Virus record (IMG/VR): IMGVR_UViG_3300028048_003204 | Location: 3,454 to 67,453 of that record | Source of the DNA: a virus | Taxonomy: Duplodnaviria > Caudoviricetes | Strand: one strand, 5' to 3' | Length of the DNA: 64,000 nucleotides | Part shown: piece by piece, positions 1 through 10,237 of the stretch | Position numbering within the stretch: position 1 is the first letter of the stretch | Layout: the number at the start of each line of letters is the position of its first letter | The notes under the pieces: generated by a model | What the model was told of the DNA's origin: nothing | Seen by the model: the letters and a program-made list of their open reading frames with translations, nothing else | Databases searched by the model: none | Translations under genes and position numbers: made by a program

Positions 1-638
1 TGCTGAACTGTATCTATTCTGTTATTAATTCTCAATGGAAGATGAATTCTACCAGAGATCATATCTCCAAGGTTAATTACATAAAGATCATCTATTGAAT
101 GTTCTTGCAAATGAATTAGCACTGTATTAAGAAGTGTTGTAATTCTTTCAACAGCAATATCCACATTATAAGTATTATAGAATAAATCTACATCTAACCC
201 ATAATGCCAATCACCAATACATAAAATAGCTTTCTTTTCAGCATTCTTTACATTAATATTTTTAGGTACATCAAATATTTTATTCTTTGAAATATTTGAT
301 GCAGCTTCAATAGCAATTTCTTTAAATGTTTCTTCCCTTGCTACAAGACGAGTAAGAGCATTTATCTGTAAACGCTGATCATTGAGTTTAACTCTTTCTT
401 TTTTATATTCAAATATCTTATCTTCTGCCTGCAACAGCTGTGAAGCTTGCTTATCAAGAATTTTATAAGATTCTTTTCTATATTTATCTGCAGAATAATT
501 ACAATTTAACTCATTATTTATTACATCAGCTATATCATTCCAAGTTAAATCATATAAATCTCTGTAAAGATATATTCTCTTTTTATATTCTAATTCTGTC
601 TCTTCAGGTCTTTTTATTAAACTATCTGTTGACATCAT
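1..638 (-). CDS. Calcineurin-like metallophosphoesterase with N-terminal helical/HTH region (truncated at left edge; absent from the ORF track)
   Basis: Manual translation from ATG at 638: MMSTDSLIKRPEETELEYKKRIYLYRDLYDLTWNDIADVINNEL...AILCIGDWHYG...VINLGDMISG, open to the window edge. DxH and GD metallophosphoesterase motifs. Confidence 0.8.
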   Translation of the reverse strand, partial: MMSTDSLIKRPEETELEYKKRIYLYRDLYDLTWNDIADVINNELNCNYSADKYRKESYKILDKQASQLLQAEDKIFEYKKERVKLNDQRLQINALTRLVAREETFKEIAIEAASNISKNKIFDVPKNINVKNAEKKAILCIGDWHYGLDVDLFYNTYNVDIAVERITTLLNTVLIHLQEHSIDDLYVINLGDMISGRIHLPLRINNRIDTVQ

Positions 639-1107
639 CACCAGTTTCTATATCTCCTTCATCTAAATCAATAACATCTTCAATGTCTTGTGAAGTTTCT
701 TTAGCTAAAGCTAATACTTTATTCACTGTTTCTATGATCTTTTTTCTTGAATCTCTATCGAATTCTTCTTGACCAATATTTATTTGTTGGTTTAATTGTA
801 TGGTTGGTACTTTTACATCATCTAAAGACCCGTCCATCTTTGTAAGAGAATCCTGAATAGTTTTATAATATTTTAGTAAATCTTCATTACTAAAATTGTC
901 AGGTCTTTCAGAAACTCTTGTAGTTATTTGGTCAACAATTTTATCCTGAGCTTCACTTAATTTACTGTTTCTAATAAGATCTTTCTTTTTTAATGATATA
1001 TTAAATAACTTTACTATATCATTTAAATCATCTAAATTTTCTTCTTCTAAAATATATTTCTCAATATCTTTTGGATCAGTGTTAAGTTTTATTTTATCAG
1101 GTACCAT
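622..1107 (-). CDS. Hypothetical helical protein with acidic C-terminus
   Basis: 161-aa ORF; TAATG-coupled to the upstream gene; no recognisable motif. Confidence 0.7.
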   Translation of the reverse strand: MVPDKIKLNTDPKDIEKYILEEENLDDLNDIVKLFNISLKKKDLIRNSKLSEAQDKIVDQITTRVSERPDNFSNEDLLKYYKTIQDSLTKMDGSLDDVKVPTIQLNQQINIGQEEFDRDSRKKIIETVNKVLALAKETSQDIEDVIDLDEGDIETGDDVNR

Positions 1108-1436
1108 TAGAAAAGCTCCTTGTAAGTGGAAACTAGTTTATTTTCTAACCCCTGCTCAGATGCATTAATGATTGGGCTTTTCATACTAGCAATGGATTTT
1201 ATAATTAATTTTTCAAGTTTAGTAGAAGGCACAAATCTATACTCTATAGAATCTTCTAGCATAATAAAACATATCTTACCAATGCCAATATTAACTTCTA
1301 CTAAATCATCTTCTGATAATTTCGCTTCAACTAAATAATCACAAATGCACAATTCAGCTAACTCTGATAATTTAGTCATAATAGAAGCTCTTATAGAATA
1401 TATATTAGATATATCATTTAATAATTTTTGCTTCAT
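1107..1436 (-). CDS. Possible HU/IHF-like DNA-binding protein lacking the beta-arms
   Basis: Two N-terminal helices, then VEVNIGIGKICF...YRFVPSTKLEKLI, resembling HU strands VxlxGfGxF...FkPskxLk. Product call is weak; ORF is coupled by overlaps. Confidence 0.4.
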   Translation of the reverse strand: MKQKLLNDISNIYSIRASIMTKLSELAELCICDYLVEAKLSEDDLVEVNIGIGKICFIMLEDSIEYRFVPSTKLEKLIIKSIASMKSPIINASEQGLENKLVSTYKELF

Positions 1437-1624
1437 CTCATCTCCTTAATTACTTTTTCAGGATTAGCTACTGTAAGTGCATATACACTCGATTCTAAAT
1501 TTTTAAAATAACTTGATAAAGAAGCATTAAGTCTTTTTTGAATAAAAAACTTAATTAAATATTCTTTATTCCTATGATGATATTTTAAATCATTTTTAAG
1601 TATAAGTAAATTTTTTTCAAACAT
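1433..1624 (-). CDS. Small basic hypothetical protein (start likely ATG 1624, not TTG 1660)
   Basis: ATG two bases after the upstream TAA; ends in an ATGA overlap with the next gene. Confidence 0.55.
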   Translation of the reverse strand: MFEKNLLILKNDLKYHHRNKEYLIKFFIQKRLNASLSSYFKNLESSVYALTVANPEKVIKEMR

Positions 1625-1626
1625 TT

Positions 1627-1998
1627 TTAACTCAATGAATAATCTGATAAAATTGAACAAATTTTATTATAGTCTTTTTTAATTTGTCTTAATTGGAAAG
1701 AATCAAACCCTATTTTTTCTAGTGCATCTTTATATGAATAACCATCAAGATTTACATATTGATATAATAACAAAGAATTAATAATTGAATCCAATTCCTC
1801 TATAGTTGGAATTTTTATTGACATTCCTCCAAAATACTCACAAAGATTTAATAACGCATCTTTATCAAGTATATATGCAAGTTCACTTAAAGTAGAATAT
1901 TCCTTTACATCTCTTATTTTATATAAAACAAACAATATAAGAGAAAATGTATCTGTCATCTTTAAATTATCTAATTCTTTTCTAAGTGTATTACTCAT
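1627..1998 (-). CDS. Mor-like transcription activator domain protein
   Basis: LLNLCEYFGGMSIKIP resembles the Mor family ..L...FGG..IYIP motif; possible C-terminal HTH. Confidence 0.5.
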   Translation of the reverse strand: MSNTLRKELDNLKMTDTFSLILFVLYKIRDVKEYSTLSELAYILDKDALLNLCEYFGGMSIKIPTIEELDSIINSLLLYQYVNLDGYSYKDALEKIGFDSFQLRQIKKDYNKICSILSDYSLS

Positions 1999-2846
1999 TC
2001 GTTATAATCTTCTCCACTTATTTCCAAAAAAAGCATATTAGTTATTACATCATCAGATAATGCAAAATTTTGGCTAGACAATTCTGATAAATCATCTTTT
2101 ATTTGTTTATATACTTTATTTGCCAAAATTTTTATATAATCTCTAAACTCATCATCTAAATGATATAGTATTAATGCTTCTTCTCTATTTTTAGAGTATA
2201 ATCTACCTAATAATCTATATTTAGAATCAACTGAAGAATATGTATTATGTAATTTATCCGTATCTTGTTTTGTAAATGTGAGACCATTTAGTACTGTTAA
2301 CAAGCAACTTATATAAATATTTTTCATTAATAGTTTATCATTCTTATAAAAATTATTTGTGTATACCAAATGTTTAACTGTTGTTGATAAACTATTTAAA
2401 TAAAGAGTAACATCTGTATCTTTTAATGATTTATATAAATCTTCATTATACGCATATGAAAAATTACTCTCCTCAGAGTGTTTTGATAATTGCTGTGAAT
2501 AATTTTGCTGTTCAAATTCTACTTTTCTGCCATATATAACAGCTTTCATATAATTTAAAACACTCTTTATTCTAGTTAAATATGGCTCACCATTTTCATC
2601 TACTTCGTTTAATTTCGGGTTAAAAAATAACCTATACATTACTTCTGTAGCTAAAAATATGGCAAATTCTTCATAATAATAACTTTTATTAAAATATTTA
2701 TGTTTATGAGCTAGCATAAACCCTATATGGTATATATACTCAAAGCACTTATTCAGCTCTTGCTCTGTTGGGTTCCCCTTTTCTACTATTGAATCTACGT
2801 AAATACATAAATCTGTATATTTTAGGTTTGGTTTTGTAAATAACAT
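1995..2846 (-). CDS. Divergent sigma-factor-like protein (T4 gp55-like late sigma candidate)
   Basis: IYHIGFMLAHKHKYF...YEEFAIFLATEVMYRL...VLNYMKAVIY has the helical pattern of sigma region 2; lies next to gp46/47-like genes as gp55 does in T4. Confidence 0.4.
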   Translation of the reverse strand: MLFTKPNLKYTDLCIYVDSIVEKGNPTEQELNKCFEYIYHIGFMLAHKHKYFNKSYYYEEFAIFLATEVMYRLFFNPKLNEVDENGEPYLTRIKSVLNYMKAVIYGRKVEFEQQNYSQQLSKHSEESNFSYAYNEDLYKSLKDTDVTLYLNSLSTTVKHLVYTNNFYKNDKLLMKNIYISCLLTVLNGLTFTKQDTDKLHNTYSSVDSKYRLLGRLYSKNREEALILYHLDDEFRDYIKILANKVYKQIKDDLSELSSQNFALSDDVITNMLFLEISGEDYNE

Positions 2847-4699
2847 TAAACTATCCTACTAAGTTTATCATCTCCCTTTATGATAATTATCTCATCATCT
2901 GCGGGTATTTCTAATTCGTCTGTATGGTGAGAAATAATATACACTGCTTCTACATCATTTAAGTAGTTGTTAATTAGTTCAAATACCTTACTCACACCAA
3001 CGCTATCTAAAGAATCGGTAATTTCATCAAGTACGAGAATATTAGAAGAAAAATTTAAAAATGTACAAAGCATATCTCTAATGGCAAATTGAACAATTAT
3101 ATCTAATTTTTGTTTTTCTCCACCACTTAATACACTATAATCTTTCCCATCATATGAAATATCTATATTATTATTAGCTAATTCAAATGTGAGTTTGTCT
3201 GTACCGAACACTTCACTTGAATATATTTTAGCTCTCTTTTCAATAAATGTTATTACATTATTTAATAAATATCCTCTAAAATCACGCTTTACAAGTGTTT
3301 GCATTTTAGAATTTATATTTATACGATCGTTAATTATAGCTAATTGTTCATTGTTATTATACACTTTATCAGATAGTTTTTCATTTAATATAGTCAATTC
3401 TTGTATTTTTGATTGTCTGTATTTTATATTTTCTTCTAAATTATCAATTTGATTAGTAACATTAATAAGCTTTTTATCAACATTCGATATATTACTATTA
3501 ATTTGTGATAGTTTATCACTATTAGAAGAAATATCCTCTGAAATTGTGTCTATATCAAGTCGTAAATCCGATAATTTATTTTCAAATTTAGCCTTACACT
3601 CTTTAATGTTATTAGAATTTATAAGCTGTATATCAGCAATTTCTTGTTCAAGTTGTGATATAGTATCTGATTTTTCATTTAATTCTAAATGTAGACTTGT
3701 AGTATCTATTTTTGATACATTAGGTAACTTTTGTCCACAAGTAGGGCAAATATCTACAATATTTTCTAATTCATTAATTTTATTTTTTAATGATTTTAAA
3801 TCGCTTTTTATATCAACTAGCTCTTTTTCTTTAAGAGTAGTATCTATTTGCTCTACATTATTTAAACTTGTATCATATTCTAATGATAAATCCTTTAATT
3901 CTGTCTGTTTTTCATTTAAAAGGTCATGTAAAGAAATATCAAATTCTTTATATTCATCTAATTTAAGATTTAAATCTTCAAGCTCTAATTCTAAATCATC
4001 TCTTAATTTAATTAGTGTATCTTTATTGTCAATAGAAGTTAATTCTGATTTAAATTTATTAACACTGTCATTATTAATTTTTATAGATGTTTCTAAAGAT
4101 AAATTATCATCTTGCAAAGTTCGTTGTTGCGCTGATAATTCTGATTTTCTGCTAGATAGCTTTTCTTTTAAATCCATAATCATAAAATCAGAATTAGAAA
4201 GTTTTTCAAGAACTTCTTTTCTACCAGCTGGTGTATTATTAGTAAATCTTTGGGGTAATCCTTGACCAAGTATAATTACCGAATTTAATAATGAAGAAGA
4301 AAGTTGTGGTATATACTCAACTAGTAGTTTTTCTGTATCTCTAATTCCCTTACCTGACTTATTCTCTCCATTAATATATATGAATAAGTTACTCGGGTTT
4401 TTAGTTCGTGTTATTTCATAATTTACATTATCTATATCAAAAGAGACTGACACTTCAGTTTTACCATTGGTATAAATATTAGCCACATCTTTAGCGCCAC
4501 TAACTGTTTCTCCAGTTAGACACCAAGATAAAGCAGAAAATAAACTACTCTTGCCACACCCATTTGATTTTGCATTATCATCTGGGTTATTATTGATACC
4601 ACCAACTAGAATATTACCTTGCTTATTTAAGCATACTTCCGCCTTTTCATAAGACATAAAATTAGAAAGTGATAATTTTTTAAAATAAATATTAGCCAT
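2846..4699 (-). CDS. sbcC: SbcC/Rad50/gp46-like SMC ATPase
   Basis: Walker A NGCGKSS, coiled coil with CPTCG zinc hook, signature LSGGE, Walker B LVLDE, H-loop ISH. Confidence 0.93.
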   Translation of the reverse strand: MANIYFKKLSLSNFMSYEKAEVCLNKQGNILVGGINNNPDDNAKSNGCGKSSLFSALSWCLTGETVSGAKDVANIYTNGKTEVSVSFDIDNVNYEITRTKNPSNLFIYINGENKSGKGIRDTEKLLVEYIPQLSSSLLNSVIILGQGLPQRFTNNTPAGRKEVLEKLSNSDFMIMDLKEKLSSRKSELSAQQRTLQDDNLSLETSIKINNDSVNKFKSELTSIDNKDTLIKLRDDLELELEDLNLKLDEYKEFDISLHDLLNEKQTELKDLSLEYDTSLNNVEQIDTTLKEKELVDIKSDLKSLKNKINELENIVDICPTCGQKLPNVSKIDTTSLHLELNEKSDTISQLEQEIADIQLINSNNIKECKAKFENKLSDLRLDIDTISEDISSNSDKLSQINSNISNVDKKLINVTNQIDNLEENIKYRQSKIQELTILNEKLSDKVYNNNEQLAIINDRININSKMQTLVKRDFRGYLLNNVITFIEKRAKIYSSEVFGTDKLTFELANNNIDISYDGKDYSVLSGGEKQKLDIIVQFAIRDMLCTFLNFSSNILVLDEITDSLDSVGVSKVFELINNYLNDVEAVYIISHHTDELEIPADDEIIIIKGDDKLSRIV

Positions 4700-5687
4700 T
4701 TATAATATCTAATTCCTCTAGAACTAAGTCTGAACTACCAATCTCATTTAAAACAAATTTTCTAAACTCATTTATATGATCCATTGATAATGTCTCAGTT
4801 ATAACATTATTATTTTTACTATACTCTACAATAACTCTTGATGCTAAAATGTTTTCATTTTCCGATATTAGTTGCTTTACATAACTTAGTTTATCTTCTG
4901 TTGTGGCTATAGTTATTACAGCATTTTTAACTTTATCAATATCAGAAATATCAGACAACTTGTAGAAATTTATTGCATAAGGATTGGAATAAACTTCACA
5001 TTTTAAAGTATCTGTATCAAGTATCAGAATTACATGATCATATAAAAAAGCATTCTCTGAGAAATTTTGCCCAGTAAGATTACCTACATTTATTATTTTA
5101 TCTGTAAGTTTAGAACCATTATGTAAATGACCATTAATAAATAAATCACAATTTGATTCTATATCATTAATTAAAAATCCATCTTTAGATATAAATTTAC
5201 CGAGCTGTACCCCAGATATATCATTGTGAGAAAATATAATTCGTTTTGAAGACTGCTGTGCTGAAAAATACTCATTGATAGACGATTTTCTATCAATTTC
5301 AAGTATATATGGTAAATAGCATAATTCAACATTATCAACAACTTCAAATGATGGCTTATCTATTACTTTATTTATACCACCATTAAATATATGTGCTGAA
5401 CTAAATATTAAATTATTTATTCCCATCTCATGATTACCAACTAAAAATTTATGTGGTCTATTATTCCATTTAATTTCAGAAAATGCAGTAATTTCTGAAG
5501 CATTTAAAGTTGGTTTATCAAAGAAATCTCCAAGATATACTACCTGCTCACAATTACCCGTTATAGTTTCTGCCCAGTTAATTGACTGTATGCAGTTTTC
5601 TAACCTTGTAGAATATTTAATACCCCTTGTTCTTAATATAGAAGAATATTCACTAAAATGTATATCTCCAACAATACCTATTTTCAT
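4692..5687 (-). CDS. sbcD: SbcD/Mre11/gp47-like nuclease
   Basis: GDIH, GDFFD, GNHE, FSHND, GHLH motifs; adjacent to the SbcC-like gene. Confidence 0.9.
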   Translation of the reverse strand: MKIGIVGDIHFSEYSSILRTRGIKYSTRLENCIQSINWAETITGNCEQVVYLGDFFDKPTLNASEITAFSEIKWNNRPHKFLVGNHEMGINNLIFSSAHIFNGGINKVIDKPSFEVVDNVELCYLPYILEIDRKSSINEYFSAQQSSKRIIFSHNDISGVQLGKFISKDGFLINDIESNCDLFINGHLHNGSKLTDKIINVGNLTGQNFSENAFLYDHVILILDTDTLKCEVYSNPYAINFYKLSDISDIDKVKNAVITIATTEDKLSYVKQLISENENILASRVIVEYSKNNNVITETLSMDHINEFRKFVLNEIGSSDLVLEELDIING

Positions 5688-5691
5688 ATAA

Positions 5692-6099
5692 TTACATCAC
5701 ACCCAGCTCTTTAAGGATACTAACAGTATCTGCTTTACTCATATTTGACTTAACATCAATATCAATATTATTGTCATTGATAAAATCAACAAGTTCTTTT
5801 TTAGTAAATTTTGTTTTAGTAAATTTAGGTAGTTCTGAATATTCAGATACTTCAACATCTGCATCTTCAGCTTCAACTTCCATAGTTGCATATTCATCAT
5901 CAGCTTTTATGTGGGTTACCAAAAATTCAGTACCTGTTCCGTCCTTCATTTTAACTACAGTCTCAACATCTATACCTGATTTTACATTAAAAGTAACTGT
6001 AGCTCCAATATCAAAATTCCAAACTCCATCAAGTCTAAATGATGAACCCTCTTGTACATCAATAAATTCTTTACCTGTAAATATTTGTGCTGTTCTCAT
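5692..6099 (-). CDS. Hypothetical protein, possible C-terminal helix-extended-helix (Rho-N/HeH-like) motif
   Basis: 135-aa ORF with GGAG RBS; TKKELVDFINDNNIDIDVKSNMSKADTV. Confidence 0.6.
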   Translation of the reverse strand: MRTAQIFTGKEFIDVQEGSSFRLDGVWNFDIGATVTFNVKSGIDVETVVKMKDGTGTEFLVTHIKADDEYATMEVEAEDADVEVSEYSELPKFTKTKFTKKELVDFINDNNIDIDVKSNMSKADTVSILKELGVM

Positions 6100-6107
6100 A
6101 ATATCTC

Positions 6108-6977
6108 CTATAATGCTAGTATTTTAAACACAATATAATTCTGTATAATATCGGTATTTATTTTACCTAATTTTATTTGTAAATCAAGCGAGGTTAATAA
6201 TTTATAAATATAAATTAATTCTTCTCTTGAATATTTATTACAATTATATTTTTGTATAGCCCAAAACTGTTTACCACTCATACCAAGTGTTTCTGCAGAA
6301 GCATTCCGAGCCAGTTGTATGTCTATTACCTGTTTAAAATTTTTAATTAACAATGCCATAAATGCAAAGGCATCTACTTTAATGTCTTTTTGATAAATTA
6401 ATTTTAATTTATTTTTATCTCTCTGTAAAAGTGCATTAGTTATATCAAAAATTTCATATTCATCTTTAGACAATAATTGATTTGACAATATATCAAAATA
6501 ATTATCATCAAATATTTTTAATTTATTTGATTCTATATCTAATTTATAAATATTATCATATTCATCATACAGTTTTTCAGCTTGCTCTATAGTTATAGAG
6601 CATTTAGATGATATATAATCTACTATTTGCCATTTCTCTAATTTTGGTAATTCTATTATTGATTTATCAAAATTATCCCTAATATCTTTGGATACGCTTT
6701 TACAATATATCCAACCTTTAAATGTTTTTGGTATATATTCAAGTTTGTCAGTTTTAAACACATCTAAACTAGAATTATCAATATCAAAAAACCCCATATT
6801 ATCATATAAACCATCTACTAAATTTAACTCAATAAAATTATTGTTTATAAATATATGGGCATATTGATCAAATATAAATTCTGATGATAAATCTTTTCCA
6901 ATAAATATAAATAGATTATCATCAAACAATAGTGTATTATTTTCTATTTCATTTTTAAATGTTGCTAATTCTATCAT
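6108..6977 (-). CDS. holA: Clamp loader delta-like subunit (HolA-like)
   Basis: C-terminal EIFDITNALL...ELIYIYKLLTSLDLQIKLG matches the delta collar pattern; follows delta'- and gamma-like genes. Confidence 0.65.
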   Translation of the reverse strand: MIELATFKNEIENNTLLFDDNLFIFIGKDLSSEFIFDQYAHIFINNNFIELNLVDGLYDNMGFFDIDNSSLDVFKTDKLEYIPKTFKGWIYCKSVSKDIRDNFDKSIIELPKLEKWQIVDYISSKCSITIEQAEKLYDEYDNIYKLDIESNKLKIFDDNYFDILSNQLLSKDEYEIFDITNALLQRDKNKLKLIYQKDIKVDAFAFMALLIKNFKQVIDIQLARNASAETLGMSGKQFWAIQKYNCNKYSREELIYIYKLLTSLDLQIKLGKINTDIIQNYIVFKILAL

Positions 6978-7776
6978 CTAATATTTGTTTCAATTCTAAT
7001 AGATAATTATCAATTAAATATGTTTTATTTACATTTAATACATACAAATTATTACACAAGTTTTTAGTTAGTATCATTGCCTTATAATATTTACTATCAT
7101 AACTATTAATATAATATTCATAAAGCAATTCTATAAAAATATTTATAAATAATTGTATATCAATGTCTGTTGATAATTTATTACGAATTGATAAAGCATT
7201 AGAAATATTTGCTTTATGCATATTATCAACAACATTTTTAGCTAAAGTTCTTATTTTTATTAATGTATCTTGTTCTACATTAATAATATTATAAGGTGTG
7301 TTTAATAAAGTTAATTCTTCTTTTGACCAAGATTTATTATATGCATTAGAAATATCACATAGTTCTTCTATAAAATAAGGTTGCATAGAAAATATTCTGC
7401 ATCTATTTGCTATAGTTTCTAACAAAATATTAAAATTATAAATAATAATTGTTATCCAAGCATACTCAGGTGGTTCTTCTATAAATTTCAAAAGTGTGTT
7501 TTGAAATCTTTCCAACCTCTTATTTTCACTTAAAGCATCTAAATCTATCAAATACATTTTTGGTAATGACAGATTATACATTTCATTTAATATGTCTGAG
7601 TTTAATTCATAATCAATAATTGTCTTTTCTAATTTAAACTTATCACATATATAATTATATATAGTATGTCTGCCACTACCAAAATTACCTGATATAATTA
7701 TAGATTTTGGTAATTTATCTATAGAGGTAATTTTATCTATATTTTCTATTATGTTTGTTTGTCCAATTATATTCAT
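6955..7776 (-). CDS. holB: Clamp loader delta-prime-like subunit (HolB-like)
   Basis: NIIGQ start, degenerate Walker A GNFGSGRHT, NTLLKFIEEPP, LLETIANRC (SRC-like). Confidence 0.75.
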   Translation of the reverse strand: MNIIGQTNIIENIDKITSIDKLPKSIIISGNFGSGRHTIYNYICDKFKLEKTIIDYELNSDILNEMYNLSLPKMYLIDLDALSENKRLERFQNTLLKFIEEPPEYAWITIIIYNFNILLETIANRCRIFSMQPYFIEELCDISNAYNKSWSKEELTLLNTPYNIINVEQDTLIKIRTLAKNVVDNMHKANISNALSIRNKLSTDIDIQLFINIFIELLYEYYINSYDSKYYKAMILTKNLCNNLYVLNVNKTYLIDNYLLELKQILDDRISNI

Positions 7777-8804
7777 ATAAATCTACACATTTGAGCAAAT
7801 ACAATTTCAATAGTAACTTTCTCATTATTATCTACTTTAATCATATTTTTAAGCTCTAACAACTTATCTACAAAATATAAATAATACTTATCTGGATTAT
7901 TAAACCCTATAGCTTGTTTAACATTTTCTTCTAAATGTGCTGGTAATTTTGTAACTTGAATATCACCTGATAAAATATATTTTAGTATATCAAGACAAAA
8001 CTCTGTAAACAGATCTACAAATTTTTTGAGATTAGCACCAGAATTATATAATTTTTCTATGATGAGTTGCACTTGATTTATGTTACCATCTATGATACTA
8101 TTAATCAAATTAAAATAACTATCATATGATAAATTACCCAATGCTATAAGTGTTTTTTCCATTGACATATTTTTATCATAGGAAATACAGGTTTCAAGCA
8201 TACTTATAGCTTTTCGTACCTCACCATTGCATATTCTACTAATATAATTTATAGACTCTCTCCAATTATTTATATTAATACCATTTGCACATTCAGCTTT
8301 ACAAATATAATCTAATTTTGCTTCAATTAGCTGAGAAGGTACTCTGGTAAAATTAAATCTCATACAACGATTTTGTATCGTTTCTGGGATCTTATGCGGA
8401 TCAGTTGTACAAAAAATAAATATAGTATATTTTGGAGGCTCTTCTATTGTTTTAAGAAATGCATTCCATGCCTGTGTCGACAGCATATGAGCTTCGTCTA
8501 TAATATAAACTTTATAATTACTGTGTATAGATCTTTCAGATGCTGAAGCTACAATTTGCTTTACATTATCTACACCATTGTTAGATGCTGCGTCTATTTC
8601 TATTGGTAAGCCTAAATGCTCGTTTAATTCATTTGCAAATATTCTAGCCAGTGTAGTTTTACCTGTACCACTAACACCTGAAAATATCATACAATTAAAA
8701 ATGCTATTAGTTTCTAATTGTTGTTTTAGTATTCTAACTACAGACTCTTGCCCTATGACTTCTTCAAACTTATTTGGTCTATATTTTGTATATAAAGATT
8801 CCAT
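7773..8804 (-). CDS. dnaX: DNA polymerase III gamma/tau clamp-loader ATPase
   Basis: LYTKYRPNKFEEVIGQ, GVSGTGKTT, DAASNNGVD, IIDEAHML, LKTIEEPP, TIQNRC. Confidence 0.92.
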   Translation of the reverse strand: MESLYTKYRPNKFEEVIGQESVVRILKQQLETNSIFNCMIFSGVSGTGKTTLARIFANELNEHLGLPIEIDAASNNGVDNVKQIVASASERSIHSNYKVYIIDEAHMLSTQAWNAFLKTIEEPPKYTIFIFCTTDPHKIPETIQNRCMRFNFTRVPSQLIEAKLDYICKAECANGININNWRESINYISRICNGEVRKAISMLETCISYDKNMSMEKTLIALGNLSYDSYFNLINSIIDGNINQVQLIIEKLYNSGANLKKFVDLFTEFCLDILKYILSGDIQVTKLPAHLEENVKQAIGFNNPDKYYLYFVDKLLELKNMIKVDNNEKVTIEIVFAQMCRFI

Positions 8805-8819
8805 ATAACTACTAACTAC

Positions 8820-9173
8820 CTATTGAATTTTAAAACTTTTATTTGGAAGCCACCCTTCCCAAGCTATTCTTGTACATTTACCTACAGCTTTAACTTTTGT
8901 CATTTTTCCCATAAGCTGTAATATTTCTATATCAAGTATTTCTTCGGGTGGCACTGTACCATGATTCCAATTTTCTGATAAAGAAAAATTTTCAGGTTGA
9001 TTTATTATATAATTTTCAATTTTTATAGTAAATTTATCACCAACATTTATACTACTTTTAGGTATATTATCAACACAACCAACAGTAAAGTGTGTAGTTT
9101 CTCTCCAATTAGTAGGTAATAAATGTTGTACTTTTTCTAATTCTCTTAATGTAAATTTATTAATCTGTTTCAT
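8820..9173 (-). CDS. Hypothetical protein (start likely ATG 9173)
   Basis: ORF overlapping the upstream HD gene end; SH3-like C-terminal WEGWLP. Confidence 0.6.
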   Translation of the reverse strand: MKQINKFTLRELEKVQHLLPTNWRETTHFTVGCVDNIPKSSINVGDKFTIKIENYIINQPENFSLSENWNHGTVPPEEILDIEILQLMGKMTKVKAVGKCTRIAWEGWLPNKSFKIQ

Positions 9174-9807
9174 CAGTAAAAGTAGCAATCATATCTGCTA
9201 CGTGAAGTAAATTAGCTAATGGGTATCTATGGAATATACTACTTATATTAATACCAGTAGAATCATAACCTTTACCAGCATGGTGGTTAAGAATAGCAGC
9301 AGACTCAGCTACTTTAAGTGGTATAAATTGTCTCACCATAAATTCAGCAGTCTCTTCATGATTACCATAAATAAACCTTTTATTATCTGGTATAACATTC
9401 CAAGTTTCTTCACTTACCCAATCATACCTTCCAAGTTCGTCCCATTTACTACCTGATTCTGAATATACCTTTTTATTTCTTACACCTTTTTCATAATAGT
9501 TAATTTTTGACATATCATGTAAGAGTCCACAAATAATTATACTCTCTTCAGGTATTACATCTTCAAGATGCTTATTTTCAACTAGCCTTTTAAGATTATA
9601 ATATACATTAAGTGAATGGTCTGCTAAACCCCCTATAAAACAATTATGAAATTTTGTACTTGCTGGTGCTGTAAAATAATCTGCATCTTTAAGCTTTTTT
9701 ATTAAGCCTTCAATATCAGCACCAGGTCTATCTATTTTTCTTAGCAAAGAACATATCTTATTTTCCAAAGAATTTAATTCTACAGCAGATAAATCAAGTT
9801 TCAACAT
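9160..9807 (-). CDS. HD-domain phosphohydrolase (YhaM-like HD domain)
   Basis: APASTKFH...GGLADHSLNV, GLLHDMSK, HGE-like GNHEE, ILNHH, LHVADMIA. Confidence 0.85.
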   Translation of the reverse strand: MLKLDLSAVELNSLENKICSLLRKIDRPGADIEGLIKKLKDADYFTAPASTKFHNCFIGGLADHSLNVYYNLKRLVENKHLEDVIPEESIIICGLLHDMSKINYYEKGVRNKKVYSESGSKWDELGRYDWVSEETWNVIPDNKRFIYGNHEETAEFMVRQFIPLKVAESAAILNHHAGKGYDSTGINISSIFHRYPLANLLHVADMIATFTDETD

Positions 9808-9831
9808 AATAACTAACCTCCTTTTTATTTA

Positions 9832-9860
9832 ATTATATAATAATTAATACACAAAGTAAA
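9832..9860 (-). promoter_or_regulatory. Sigma-A/70-type promoter TTTACT-N17-TATAAT
   Basis: -35 at 9855-9860, -10 at 9832-9837, 17-nt spacer, followed by AAGGAGG RBS. Confidence 0.8.
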
Positions 9861-9862
9861 CA

Positions 9863-10237
9863 CTATTCGTTATAATATTTCTCTAAACTTTCAATAAGAA
9901 ATCCCATTAGTTTATCATCTATAACATAATAGTCTTTTTTATCTTCATAATTAAAATTAAAGGCTATACAATTATTTTCAAACCTATGTACAAAAGCTTC
10001 TTGTTTATTTTTTTCTATCCAATCTTTCTTTATAGAAAAAGATTTAGCAGGTTTCATACAAGTTTTACATTCAATGCACAAAGAGGCGTCTTCTACATAG
10101 ACATCTCCGCCTGAAAAAGCAGAAGCACCTGAGTTAGAAGACACCTTACCATTAAATTTTTTAGCTATTCTATTCTCCTGTACACCAGAAGCAAATCTTG
10201 TAGCATCTTTATTTTTAGTCAAAATACTCCCCTTCAT
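9863..10237 (-). CDS. PD-(D/E)XK nuclease, Hjc-like resolvase candidate
   Basis: QENRIAK...SGAS..SGGDV...LCIECKT motif. Confidence 0.7.
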   Translation of the reverse strand: MKGSILTKNKDATRFASGVQENRIAKKFNGKVSSNSGASAFSGGDVYVEDASLCIECKTCMKPAKSFSIKKDWIEKNKQEAFVHRFENNCIAFNFNYEDKKDYYVIDDKLMGFLIESLEKYYNE

